Source: an uncultured Acidimicrobiaceae bacterium
GTDB taxonomy: Bacteria; Actinomycetota; Acidimicrobiia; Acidimicrobiales; RAAP-2
Direction: 5' to 3'
Assembly: GCA_963841965.1 (NCBI GenBank)
Contig: CAWJES010000015.1
Span: 5,186 to 69,185 of the forward strand
DNA: 64,000 nt
Positions 8,979-16,873 of the stretch are shown here, piece after piece. Position numbers and translations under genes: made by a program. A model generated the notes under the pieces. The model was not told the DNA's origin and did no database searches. It was given only the letters and a program-made list of their open reading frames with translations. Position 1 is the stretch's first letter. The number at the start of each line of letters is the position of its first letter.

Positions 8979-10604
8979 CTAGGGGTGGCTGAAGAGCTGG
9001 GCGTAGGTGCCGGAGTACCGACAGCACAGGTAACCCGGCTTCCACCCGAGCCGCTCGAGGGCGAGGAGTGTGGGCGAGTCGAGCGGGAACTGGCTGAGAT
9101 CCGGCGGTGTCGCGGGGGAGTACGCGCCGAGGTTGATCCCGACATACCAGATCCGATGCGTCCTGCTCGCGAGCCTCGCGAACGACGCGTCCGGCGCGAG
9201 GTAGTTGCGCGAGAGGATCACCGCGGGGTCGCCACTCGCGACGTGGAACCCCATGGGCCACGGCACGCTCCCCTGCTCGAACGACACCGCCCATGGCGCC
9301 TGGTCCTCCATGCCCCACGTGAACGAGACGTACCCGTCGAGCACGATGAGGTCGCCCTTGCGGAGGTGGCCCCGCAGCTGGCTCGTCACGACCGTGAGCC
9401 CCGTCGGCGGGTAGGTGGCCCGGTGCGAGACGCCGAACCACAGTGCGCAGGCCGCGACGATCGCAGCGCACGCGGCGCGCATCGCGCGGGTCTGGTGCGA
9501 GGTCCTCGGGGACCGACGCCGCAGTGCGGCGACCGCCCATGACAGTCCGCCAGCTCCGAGCACCAGCAGCATGGGGTAGAAGACCTCGTCGGTCCGGCCG
9601 TCGCCGAGGGGCGACAGCCCCGCCGCCGCGCCGAGGACGCCCAGCACCATCCCCGCCGCCGAGGAGAAGGTGACGTCGACGTCGCCTCCCTTCGACCGGG
9701 CGGCGCGCACCAACGGCGCCAGGACGAGCGCCGCGATCGCGATCGCGGTCGTGACGGCGAGCAGCATCGACTCTGCCAGCAGGGCGCTGGCTGAGAAGGT
9801 GTAGGTGATCGGCACGCCGAGCAGTCCGTGGGTGAGGCCCGACGCGACGCTCTGGAAGCTGTAGGCGACCTCGTGGAGGCTCGCGTAGCCGACGATGAAG
9901 CCGTGGGTGCGCCAGTTCGAGCGCAACTGCTCCGGGATGTGGCGGAGCCACGCCAGGTAGAGGAGGATCGTCGTCGCGGCGAGACCAGCGACGAGGCCCG
10001 CGGTCTGGGCCCGAAGCTCCCGCCGGGGCATCGCCATGGCGACAGCGAGGACCACGGCACCACCCACTGCGGCCGCGGTCGAAGCTGACGTCGCGATTGC
10101 GATCGCGGACGCGATGCCGAGCGCCGCGATGCGGACGGGCGTGGGCGACCGGCGCCAGCGGTCCGCCAGCCACAGCACGAGGCACGCGAACAGGAGGTCC
10201 GCGGGGTACTCCTTGACCCGCGTCGAGTACGTGACGGTGACGGGCCCGACGGCGACGATCACCGCGGCCGCGTAGGCGTAGGCACGCTGGAACCCGAAGG
10301 ACCGCAGCAGGCCGAAGACCGCGACGATGCCCGCGATGCCGAGCACGAGGGCGGGGAGCTGGGCCCACCACGTCGCGCCGGGGTGCAGGAGGATCCACGA
10401 GCGGACGGCGAACGTGTACAGGGGCGTTGTCACCACCATCCGCGCGGCGGTCCCGAGGGGCACCTTCGTGGGCAGTGCCGCCCATGCGTCGTCGAACCAC
10501 AGGTCGCGCGACGTCAGTCCCGGGATCCGGAGCGCGGTGCCGGCCGCCACGACCGCCACGAGCGCGAGTCCGTCGACAGCGGTGAGGTCGAATCGACGGC
10601 GCAC
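8979..10604 (-). CDS. GT-C fold membrane glycosyltransferase (family 39/83-like, PMT/ArnT-type)
   Basis: About 12 predicted TM helices. The first extracytoplasmic loop has the acidic motif LWFDDAW after TM1. Size and topology are typical of polyprenyl-phosphate-sugar dependent GT-C enzymes. Confidence 0.5.
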   Translation of the reverse strand: MRRRFDLTAVDGLALVAVVAAGTALRIPGLTSRDLWFDDAWAALPTKVPLGTAARMVVTTPLYTFAVRSWILLHPGATWWAQLPALVLGIAGIVAVFGLLRSFGFQRAYAYAAAVIVAVGPVTVTYSTRVKEYPADLLFACLVLWLADRWRRSPTPVRIAALGIASAIAIATSASTAAAVGGAVVLAVAMAMPRRELRAQTAGLVAGLAATTILLYLAWLRHIPEQLRSNWRTHGFIVGYASLHEVAYSFQSVASGLTHGLLGVPITYTFSASALLAESMLLAVTTAIAIAALVLAPLVRAARSKGGDVDVTFSSAAGMVLGVLGAAAGLSPLGDGRTDEVFYPMLLVLGAGGLSWAVAALRRRSPRTSHQTRAMRAACAAIVAACALWFGVSHRATYPPTGLTVVTSQLRGHLRKGDLIVLDGYVSFTWGMEDQAPWAVSFEQGSVPWPMGFHVASGDPAVILSRNYLAPDASFARLASRTHRIWYVGINLGAYSPATPPDLSQFPLDSPTLLALERLGWKPGYLCCRYSGTYAQLFSHP

Positions 10605-10610
10605 GTCGCC

Positions 10611-10616
10611 ATTCTT
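10611..10616 (-). promoter_or_regulatory. -10-like hexamer AAGAAT (minus strand), 6 nt upstream of the GT-C gene GTG (leaderless-type candidate)
   Basis: nAnnnT lies at -12..-7 relative to the GTG at 10604. Confidence 0.35.
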
Positions 10617-10669
10617 GCCCTCGACCCCGTCGCACCGGCGCCGAGCGGCTGCTCGTCCGCCGCGCGAGG

Positions 10670-12019
10670 TCAGGCGGTTGCGGCTGCGGTCTCGATGCCG
10701 CTCAGGATCGAGTCGACCAGCTGGTCGGGGAGACGGCGCGACAGGGTGCAGATCGCGCGGTAGCCGAGTTCCGCGGCCCCGAGGTCATCGGGGCGCATGA
10801 GGTTCGCCATGATCGAGAGCAGCTGGGTCATCAGCCACTCCGAGCGCATCCCGATCCCGACGCACGCCTGCATCACCTTGGGTTCTGAGATGAGCCTGAC
10901 GAAGGCGCGCGCAACCTTGTAGTACTCGCCGTACGCGGAGGCGAGGCGCGACTCGTAGCCCTCGAGCGCGCCGGGGTCGTTCTGGAGGAGCGCCTCGCCG
11001 ATCGAGGCCGCAGCGAGCCTGCCGGTCTCGTATCCGTAGGCGATCCCCTCGCCATTGAACGGGTTGATGGAGCCTGCGGCGTCGCCGGTGACGAGCACGT
11101 TGCCGCCGACGTGGGGGCCCACAGAGAGGCCCATCGGCAGCTTGCCCCCGGTCGCCGGCCCGAGGCAGGTCGCGTCCGAAAGCTCCCAGCTTGGCGGTGC
11201 CTGCGCCAGGAAGGCGTCCATCAGCTTCGTGGTGTTCACACCCTTCCAGCTGCGATCGGTCGAGAGCAGGCCGACGCCGACGTTCACGCGGCCATCGCCC
11301 AGCGGGAAGATCCAGCCATATCCCGGGACGATCGCACCGGACTTGTCGCGGATGTCGAGGTGGCTCTCGATGAAGGGATCGGCGTGGCGGGGCGAGGACC
11401 AGTACCCGCGCAGCGCCATCCCCATCGGCCAGTCGCGCCGTCGGGCGCTGCCGAGCTGCCGCCCGATCCGCGAGTTCGCACCATCGGCGACCACGACGTA
11501 CTTCGCACGCATCGCACGACCCTCAGTGCTGTCCTTGTCGGCGACGATGACGCCCGAGACTGCGGCGAGGCGGTCCGGGTCAGCGGATGGGACCGGTTCG
11601 AGGGGGGCTGTGACCTCTGTCCCGAAGCGGACGGACGCCCCCTGTCCCGCCGCTCGTTCCGCGACGAGCGCGTCCAGGTCGAACCTGGTGATCGTGTACC
11701 CGTAGGCGGGGAAGTGCGGGTGGTCGGGCCACGACATCTCGAGGGTCTGGCCGAAGCCGACCGCCCGCAGGCCGCCGTACCGGTGGCCTCGAGCCGCCAC
11801 CTCGTGCTCCAGGCCCATGTCGGCGATCTGGCGGACGGCGCGGGGCGTGAGCCCGTCCCCGCAAGTCTTCTCCCTCGGGAGCGCCTTCTTGTCGAGCAGG
11901 ACGACATCCCACCCGGCGTTGGCCAGCCAATACGCGCAGCTCGACCCGCTCGGACCCGCGCCGACGACGATCACGTCGTGGACGACCGAGCCGTCGGGGG
12001 GGAGGGGGCTTGTCGGCAC
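10670..12019 (-). CDS. geranylgeranyl reductase family FAD oxidoreductase (MenJ-like menaquinone reductase candidate)
   Basis: DVIVVGAGPSGSS.A..LA..G..V.LLDK....REK.CGDGLTPRA. The start is placed at GTG 12019, supported by a TAGGAT -10 box 7 nt upstream. The longer track ORF (to 12181) would overlap nuoA. Confidence 0.75.
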   Translation of the reverse strand: MPTSPLPPDGSVVHDVIVVGAGPSGSSCAYWLANAGWDVVLLDKKALPREKTCGDGLTPRAVRQIADMGLEHEVAARGHRYGGLRAVGFGQTLEMSWPDHPHFPAYGYTITRFDLDALVAERAAGQGASVRFGTEVTAPLEPVPSADPDRLAAVSGVIVADKDSTEGRAMRAKYVVVADGANSRIGRQLGSARRRDWPMGMALRGYWSSPRHADPFIESHLDIRDKSGAIVPGYGWIFPLGDGRVNVGVGLLSTDRSWKGVNTTKLMDAFLAQAPPSWELSDATCLGPATGGKLPMGLSVGPHVGGNVLVTGDAAGSINPFNGEGIAYGYETGRLAAASIGEALLQNDPGALEGYESRLASAYGEYYKVARAFVRLISEPKVMQACVGIGMRSEWLMTQLLSIMANLMRPDDLGAAELGYRAICTLSRRLPDQLVDSILSGIETAAATA

Positions 12020-12026
12020 GCGCGAG

Positions 12027-12032
12027 ATCCTA
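12027..12032 (-). promoter_or_regulatory. -10 hexamer TAGGAT (minus strand), 7 nt upstream of the reductase GTG (leaderless-type candidate)
   Basis: It matches the actinobacterial TAG(A/G)(A/G)T consensus. It lies in the divergent 58-nt region shared with nuoA. Confidence 0.45.
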
Positions 12033-12051
12033 CGGCTCGACCGCGTGTGGA

Positions 12052-12079
12052 TTGACACCGCTGTCGTTCTGGTAGAAAT
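12052..12079 (+). promoter_or_regulatory. candidate nuo promoter: TTGACA (12052-12057) plus TAGAAAT (12073-12079)
   Basis: A perfect -35 hexamer with a 15-16 nt spacer to an AT-rich -10-like heptamer. The heptamer overlaps ATG 12078 and ends 7 nt before GTG 12087. The spacing is not ideal. Confidence 0.3.
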
Positions 12080-12533
12080 GACCAGCGTGGACCAGTACCT
12101 CCCCATACTGGGCATGCTCATCCTGGGAGCGATCTTCGCCTCGGGGTCGTTCATCGCCTCATCGCTCCTGGCGCCGCACAAGAAGCCGTCCGACGCGAAG
12201 CTCGCTCCCTACGAGTGCGGGATCGTGCCCGAGACGGATACGCCGGCTCGGTTCCCTATCCGCTTCTACCTGGTCGCGATGATCTTCATCATCTTCGACA
12301 TCGAGGTCGTCTTCCTGTATCCGTTCGCGGTTGAGTTCCGAGCCCTTGGCAAGTTCGGGCTCGTCGAGATCGCGCTGTTCTCACTCTTCGTCTTCGGGTC
12401 CCTCCTCTTCCTCGTCTCAGAGGGTGCGCTTTCCTGGGGTCCGGTCAAGCGGCTGACGCGCGGCGTGCCTGCGAGAACGTCGGACTCGACCATCACGCGC
12501 ATCACCGCCGAGCCTGTCGACCGGGCGGCATAG
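12078..12533 (+). CDS. nuoA: NADH-quinone oxidoreductase subunit A
   Basis: YLPILG..., YECG..P and FD.E.VFLYP motifs. GTG 12087 is an alternative start and would make the transcript leaderless. About 35 extra C-terminal residues. Confidence 0.85.
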   Translation: MTSVDQYLPILGMLILGAIFASGSFIASSLLAPHKKPSDAKLAPYECGIVPETDTPARFPIRFYLVAMIFIIFDIEVVFLYPFAVEFRALGKFGLVEIALFSLFVFGSLLFLVSEGALSWGPVKRLTRGVPARTSDSTITRITAEPVDRAA

Positions 12534-12539
12534 GGGACC

Positions 12540-13103
12540 ATGGCGCTCGAGGATCTTCCCCACAACTTCCTGACCGGCCAGCTCGAGGACCTTGTCCGCT
12601 GGGCGAGGCGGGCATCGATCTGGCCGGCATCCTTCGGGCTCGCCTGCTGCGCCATCGAGATGATGGCGACGGGGGGTGCGGACTTCGACCTTGCCCGTTT
12701 CGGGATGGAGGTGTTCCGGAACTCGCCGCGCCAGGCCGACCTCATGATCGTGGCGGGCCGGGTGAGCCAGAAGATGGCGCCGGTGCTGCGCCAGGTCTAC
12801 GACCAGATGATGGAGCCCAAGTGGGTCATCTCGATGGGCGTATGCGCCTCGTCGGGAGGGATGTTCAACAACTACGCGATCGTCCAGGGCGTCGACCAAA
12901 TCGTCCCCGTGGACGTCTACGCACCGGGTTGCCCGCCGTCGCCCGAGACCCTGATGCACGCGATCCTGACCCTGCACGAGCAGATTCGGACGGGCGAGAT
13001 TCTCCGCCGTCGTGAGGCACCAGCTGCCGCGCCAGCCGTGACCATCGAAAGCCCCTGGACCCCCGAGGACCCCGCCGCCGTCAACATCGGGACGCCCACG
13101 TGA
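12540..13103 (+). CDS. nuoB: NADH-quinone oxidoreductase subunit B
   Basis: [20 protein letters not shown] and YAPGCPP (N2 cluster cysteines). Confidence 0.95.
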   Translation: MALEDLPHNFLTGQLEDLVRWARRASIWPASFGLACCAIEMMATGGADFDLARFGMEVFRNSPRQADLMIVAGRVSQKMAPVLRQVYDQMMEPKWVISMGVCASSGGMFNNYAIVQGVDQIVPVDVYAPGCPPSPETLMHAILTLHEQIRTGEILRRREAPAAAPAVTIESPWTPEDPAAVNIGTPT

Positions 13104-13588
13104 CCGAGTCCGAGGTGGTGGACCGCTTCCCGACGGTCGTGGGCCTGGGAGGCGAGCACGTGGTGTTCGTGCCGCGGGACGCCTACGCCGACACGATCGG
13201 GGGACTTCGCGATTCCGGATTCGAGATGTGCGTGGACGTGTGCGCCGTCGACTACCTCGGCCACCCGGGGCGCGATCTCCCCGACGGCGTCGTTGGCGAG
13301 CGATTCGAGGTCGTCGTGAACCTGCTCAGCCTCTCGCAGAAGCGACGGGTGAGGATCCGCGTCCAGGTCCCAGAGATGGATGCCTCCGTCGACTCGCTCT
13401 TCGACCTCTACCCCGGGACCGAGGCCATGGAGCGCGAGGCGTTCGACCTGATGGGCGTCGTGTTCGACGGGCATCCCGATCTGTCGAGGATCCTGATGCC
13501 CGAGGAGTGGGAGGGCCACCCGCTGCGCAAGGACTACGGCGCCGGTCGCGTCCCGGTCCAGTTCAAGGAAGCGCCGGGACCGCGATGA
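13100..13588 (+). CDS. nuoC: NADH-quinone oxidoreductase subunit C
   Basis: [38 protein letters not shown]. The GTG overlaps the nuoB stop. Confidence 0.85.
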   Translation: MTESEVVDRFPTVVGLGGEHVVFVPRDAYADTIGGLRDSGFEMCVDVCAVDYLGHPGRDLPDGVVGERFEVVVNLLSLSQKRRVRIRVQVPEMDASVDSLFDLYPGTEAMEREAFDLMGVVFDGHPDLSRILMPEEWEGHPLRKDYGAGRVPVQFKEAPGPR

Positions 13589-14955
13589 CGATCGACGCGC
13601 GCGACAGCTCGGACGTGCGGCGGATCGAGCGGCCCGACCTGCTCACGGCCGAGACGTCCGAGGGCACCCAGGAGATGCGCCGGCGCGCGGACACGTCCAA
13701 GGAGGAGCTCGGTCGCGAGACGGGCGCTGTCGTCCGACTTCCGGAGGGCACCTTCCTCGACCCCGCGCAGGTCGACGTGGAGCGCACAGACGACGAGACG
13801 ATGATCCTCAACATGGGGCCCCAGCACCCCTCGACCCACGGGGTCCTTCGCCTCATGCTCGAGCTCGACGGCGAGTTCGTCCTCCGCGTCAAGCCGATCA
13901 TCGGCTACCTGCACACAGGCATGGAGAAGACAGCCGAGGAGCTCACCTACGTGCAGGGCGCGACGAACGTGACGCGGATGGACTACCTGAGTCCGCTGAT
14001 CAACGAGCTCGGCTTCTCCCTGGCTGTCGAGCGCCTGCTTGGCGTCGTGGTGCCTGACCGAGCGCAGTGGATCCGGATGCTCATGAGCGAGCTCAACCGC
14101 ATCAGCTCGCACCTCGTGTGGATGGCGACCAACGGGATGGACGTCGGCTCGAGCTCCATGATGATCTACGGCCTCCGAGAGCGCGAGATGATCCTCGCCT
14201 TCTTCGAGAAGACGACCGGGCTGCGGATGAACTGCAACTACATCCGCCCCGGCGGCGTGGCGGCGGACCTCCCCGACGGCTGGGAGGACGACGTGACGGT
14301 CATCTGCGACACGATCGAGGCCCGGACCTTCGAGTACGACGAGCTGCTCACAGGCCAGCCCATCTTCCACCTGCGGATGGACGGCGTCGGCGGCCTCACC
14401 GCCGAGGAGGCGCTCGCGCTCGGGCTCACGGGCCCACTGCTTCGATCCACCGGCGTCCCGTGGGACCTGCGCCGTGCGATGCCGTACCTCAAGTACGACG
14501 AGGTGGATTTCGACGTGATCGTCGGGACATACGGCGACAACTTCGACCGCTATGCGATCCGCCTCAACGAGATCCGCGAGTCGGTCCGGATCATCCGCCA
14601 GGTCGCAGAGCGCATGCCGAGGGGCGACTACCGCACCCAGGACGCAAAGGTCACGCCGCCGCCGAGGGGCCGGATCGACGCATCCATGGAGGCGCTGATC
14701 CACCACTTCAAGCTCTTCACCGAGGGCTTCCGGGTGCCGGCGGGAGAGGTGTACTCCGCCGTCGAGTCGCCACGCGGCGAGCTCGGCACGTACCTCGTCT
14801 CGGACGGCTCAGCCAAGCCGTTCCGCCTCCACGTCCGCGGCCCGAGCTTCGTCAACCTGCAGGCGGTGTCGCTGCTGATGCGGGGCGGGATGATGTCGGA
14901 CACGATCACGATCGTCTCGACGATCGACCCGGTGATGGGAGAGGTGGACCGATGA
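13585..14955 (+). CDS. nuoD: NADH-quinone oxidoreductase subunit D
   Basis: MILNMGPQHPSTHGVLRL, IGYLHTGMEK and ESPRGELG motifs. The ATG at 13585 overlaps the nuoC stop. Confidence 0.95.
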   Translation: MTIDARDSSDVRRIERPDLLTAETSEGTQEMRRRADTSKEELGRETGAVVRLPEGTFLDPAQVDVERTDDETMILNMGPQHPSTHGVLRLMLELDGEFVLRVKPIIGYLHTGMEKTAEELTYVQGATNVTRMDYLSPLINELGFSLAVERLLGVVVPDRAQWIRMLMSELNRISSHLVWMATNGMDVGSSSMMIYGLREREMILAFFEKTTGLRMNCNYIRPGGVAADLPDGWEDDVTVICDTIEARTFEYDELLTGQPIFHLRMDGVGGLTAEEALALGLTGPLLRSTGVPWDLRRAMPYLKYDEVDFDVIVGTYGDNFDRYAIRLNEIRESVRIIRQVAERMPRGDYRTQDAKVTPPPRGRIDASMEALIHHFKLFTEGFRVPAGEVYSAVESPRGELGTYLVSDGSAKPFRLHVRGPSFVNLQAVSLLMRGGMMSDTITIVSTIDPVMGEVDR

Positions 14956-15569
14956 GCCACCTGCGCCCTGAGATACGCCAGCGTGCGGAGGAGATCGTCT
15001 CGCTGTACCCGCATCCCCGCTCGGCGATGCTGCCGCTCCTGCACCTCGCCCAGGAGCAGGACGGGTACCTGACGCCCGAGGCGATGGAGGAGGTCGCAGG
15101 GCTGACCGGCACGACGGCGGCCGAGGTCCGGGGCACGGCGTCGTTCTACGACCTGTTCCACCTCGAGCCGGTGGGCAGGTACGTCGTGGGGGTGTGCACC
15201 AACATCGCGTGCCTTCTGGCCGGCGGCATCGAGCTGCTCGAGCACGCCGAGCGCGTGCTCGGCATCCCGGTCGGCGCGACGACGCCCGACGGGCTGTTCA
15301 CGCTCGAGGAGAACGAGTGCCTCGCGGACTGCGACCACCCGCCGTGCGTGCAGGTCAACAGCCGGTTCGTGCGGACCACGTCGGCGGACCAGTTCGACGC
15401 GCTCGTCTCGGAGCTTCGAGATGGCGGCCGGACCGATGAGATCCCCCCATTCGGCACGCTGGTGCGGGTGCGCCGGACCGTGGGACTGGTCGCGCCGCGC
15501 GAGCAGGTCGCCGAGGAGCGTGCCCGGGTCTCGATCGAGCGCCAGCAGCGGGCGGAGGCTAAGCCCTGA
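14952..15569 (+). CDS. nuoE: NADH-quinone oxidoreductase subunit E
   Basis: YPHPRSAMLPLLHLAQ and 2Fe-2S cysteines (VCTNIAC ... ECLADCD.PPC). The ATG overlaps the nuoD stop. Confidence 0.9.
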   Translation: MSHLRPEIRQRAEEIVSLYPHPRSAMLPLLHLAQEQDGYLTPEAMEEVAGLTGTTAAEVRGTASFYDLFHLEPVGRYVVGVCTNIACLLAGGIELLEHAERVLGIPVGATTPDGLFTLEENECLADCDHPPCVQVNSRFVRTTSADQFDALVSELRDGGRTDEIPPFGTLVRVRRTVGLVAPREQVAEERARVSIERQQRAEAKP

Positions 15570-16873
15570 TGGCGAAACTCGACGCCCCGAAGATCGTCAC
15601 AGCCAGGATCGGCATAGAGGGGAGCCACACGCTGGCCACCTACCTCGAGCACGGAGGGTACGAGTCGCTGCGCAAGGCGCTGGCGATGACCCCCGAAGCG
15701 GTGTGGTCCGAGGTTGACGACGCGTCGCTCCTCGGCCGCGGAGGCGCCGGTTTCCCCGCGGGCAGGAAGTGGTCGATGCTCCGCAAGAACCCCGTCAGCT
15801 ACCTCGTCGTCAACGGGGACGAGTCCGAGCCGGCGACCTTCAAGGACCACCTCCTGCTGGAGAACGACCCGCACCAGCTGGTGGAGGGCGTCGTGATCGC
15901 GGCGTACTCGCTGCAGGTCTCCCAGGCATTCATCTACATCCGCGGCGAGATGGCGCTTGCCCTCGAGCGGGTCCAGTCGGCGGTCAACGACGCGTACGCC
16001 AGCGGAGCGCTCGGCCAGGACATCTTCGGTTCCGGGTTCAGTCTCGATGTGGTCGTCCACCCCGGCGCCGGCGCGTACATCTGCGGTGACGAGACGGGCC
16101 TGCTCGAGTCGCTCGAAGGGAAGCGCGGCTTCCCCAGGATCAAGCCGCCGTTCTTCCCCGCTGTCATGGGCCTGTACGGCCAGCCGACGGTCGTGAACAA
16201 CATCGAGACCCTCTCCAACATGCCGTGGATCATCGCCAACGGCGGCAAGGCGTTCGCAGCGCTCGGTCAGGGCCGGTCCACCGGCACACGACTGTTCGCG
16301 CTCGCCGGACACGTCAACAGGCCCGGCGTCTACGAGCTCGAGATGGTGCACAACACGTTCCGAGACATCATCTTCGACCCCGCCCTGGGCGCAGGTATCA
16401 GGGACGGCAGGGCGCTCAAGGCATTCATCCCCGGCGGGGTGTCCTCTCCGTGGTTCGGGATCGAGATGCTCGACGTCCCGCTCGGCCAGGACGAGGTCGG
16501 CGAGCGCGGGTCGATGTTGGGATCCGGATCCATCGTTGCCATGGACGAGACGACCTGCGCCGTTCGCGCGGTGTGGCGGATCACGAAGTTCTTCTCGCGC
16601 GAGTCGTGCGGCCAGTGCACGCCGTGTCGAGAGGGCTCGGGGTGGCTCGAGCGGATCCTGTGGAGGCTCGAGAACGGTGGCGGCCGCCACGAGGACATTG
16701 ACCTCCTCCTCGACGTGTGCGACAACATCTCCCCTGGCCTGGTCTGGCCGCCGCAGCAGACGACGATCTGCCCGCTCGGACCGTCCATCCCCGCCTCAAT
16801 CAGCTCGGCGATCTCCATGTTCAAAGACGAGTTCTACGCGCACGTGACGAACCAGGGATGTCCCCATGGCTGA
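15569..16873 (+). CDS. nuoF: NADH-quinone oxidoreductase subunit F
   Basis: GRGGAGFPAG.KW, GAGAYICGDETGL.ESLEGKRG.PR and ESCGQCTPCREG. Confidence 0.95.
   Translation: MAKLDAPKIVTARIGIEGSHTLATYLEHGGYESLRKALAMTPEAVWSEVDDASLLGRGGAGFPAGRKWSMLRKNPVSYLVVNGDESEPATFKDHLLLENDPHQLVEGVVIAAYSLQVSQAFIYIRGEMALALERVQSAVNDAYASGALGQDIFGSGFSLDVVVHPGAGAYICGDETGLLESLEGKRGFPRIKPPFFPAVMGLYGQPTVVNNIETLSNMPWIIANGGKAFAALGQGRSTGTRLFALAGHVNRPGVYELEMVHNTFRDIIFDPALGAGIRDGRALKAFIPGGVSSPWFGIEMLDVPLGQDEVGERGSMLGSGSIVAMDETTCAVRAVWRITKFFSRESCGQCTPCREGSGWLERILWRLENGGGRHEDIDLLLDVCDNISPGLVWPPQQTTICPLGPSIPASISSAISMFKDEFYAHVTNQGCPHG

Noticed and set aside
12045-12058. GTGTGGATTGACAC overlapping the nuoA -35, considered as a Rex operator. 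I also looked for canonical Rex boxes upstream of rex, nuoA, hemE, ctaC and ctaE.
   Set aside because: Only the 4-bp arms pair, and the half-sites and spacing do not match TTGTGAA-N4-6-TTCACAA. I found no canonical Rex box by eye at any of these promoters. This was a visual search only, so a PWM scan could still find a diverged site.
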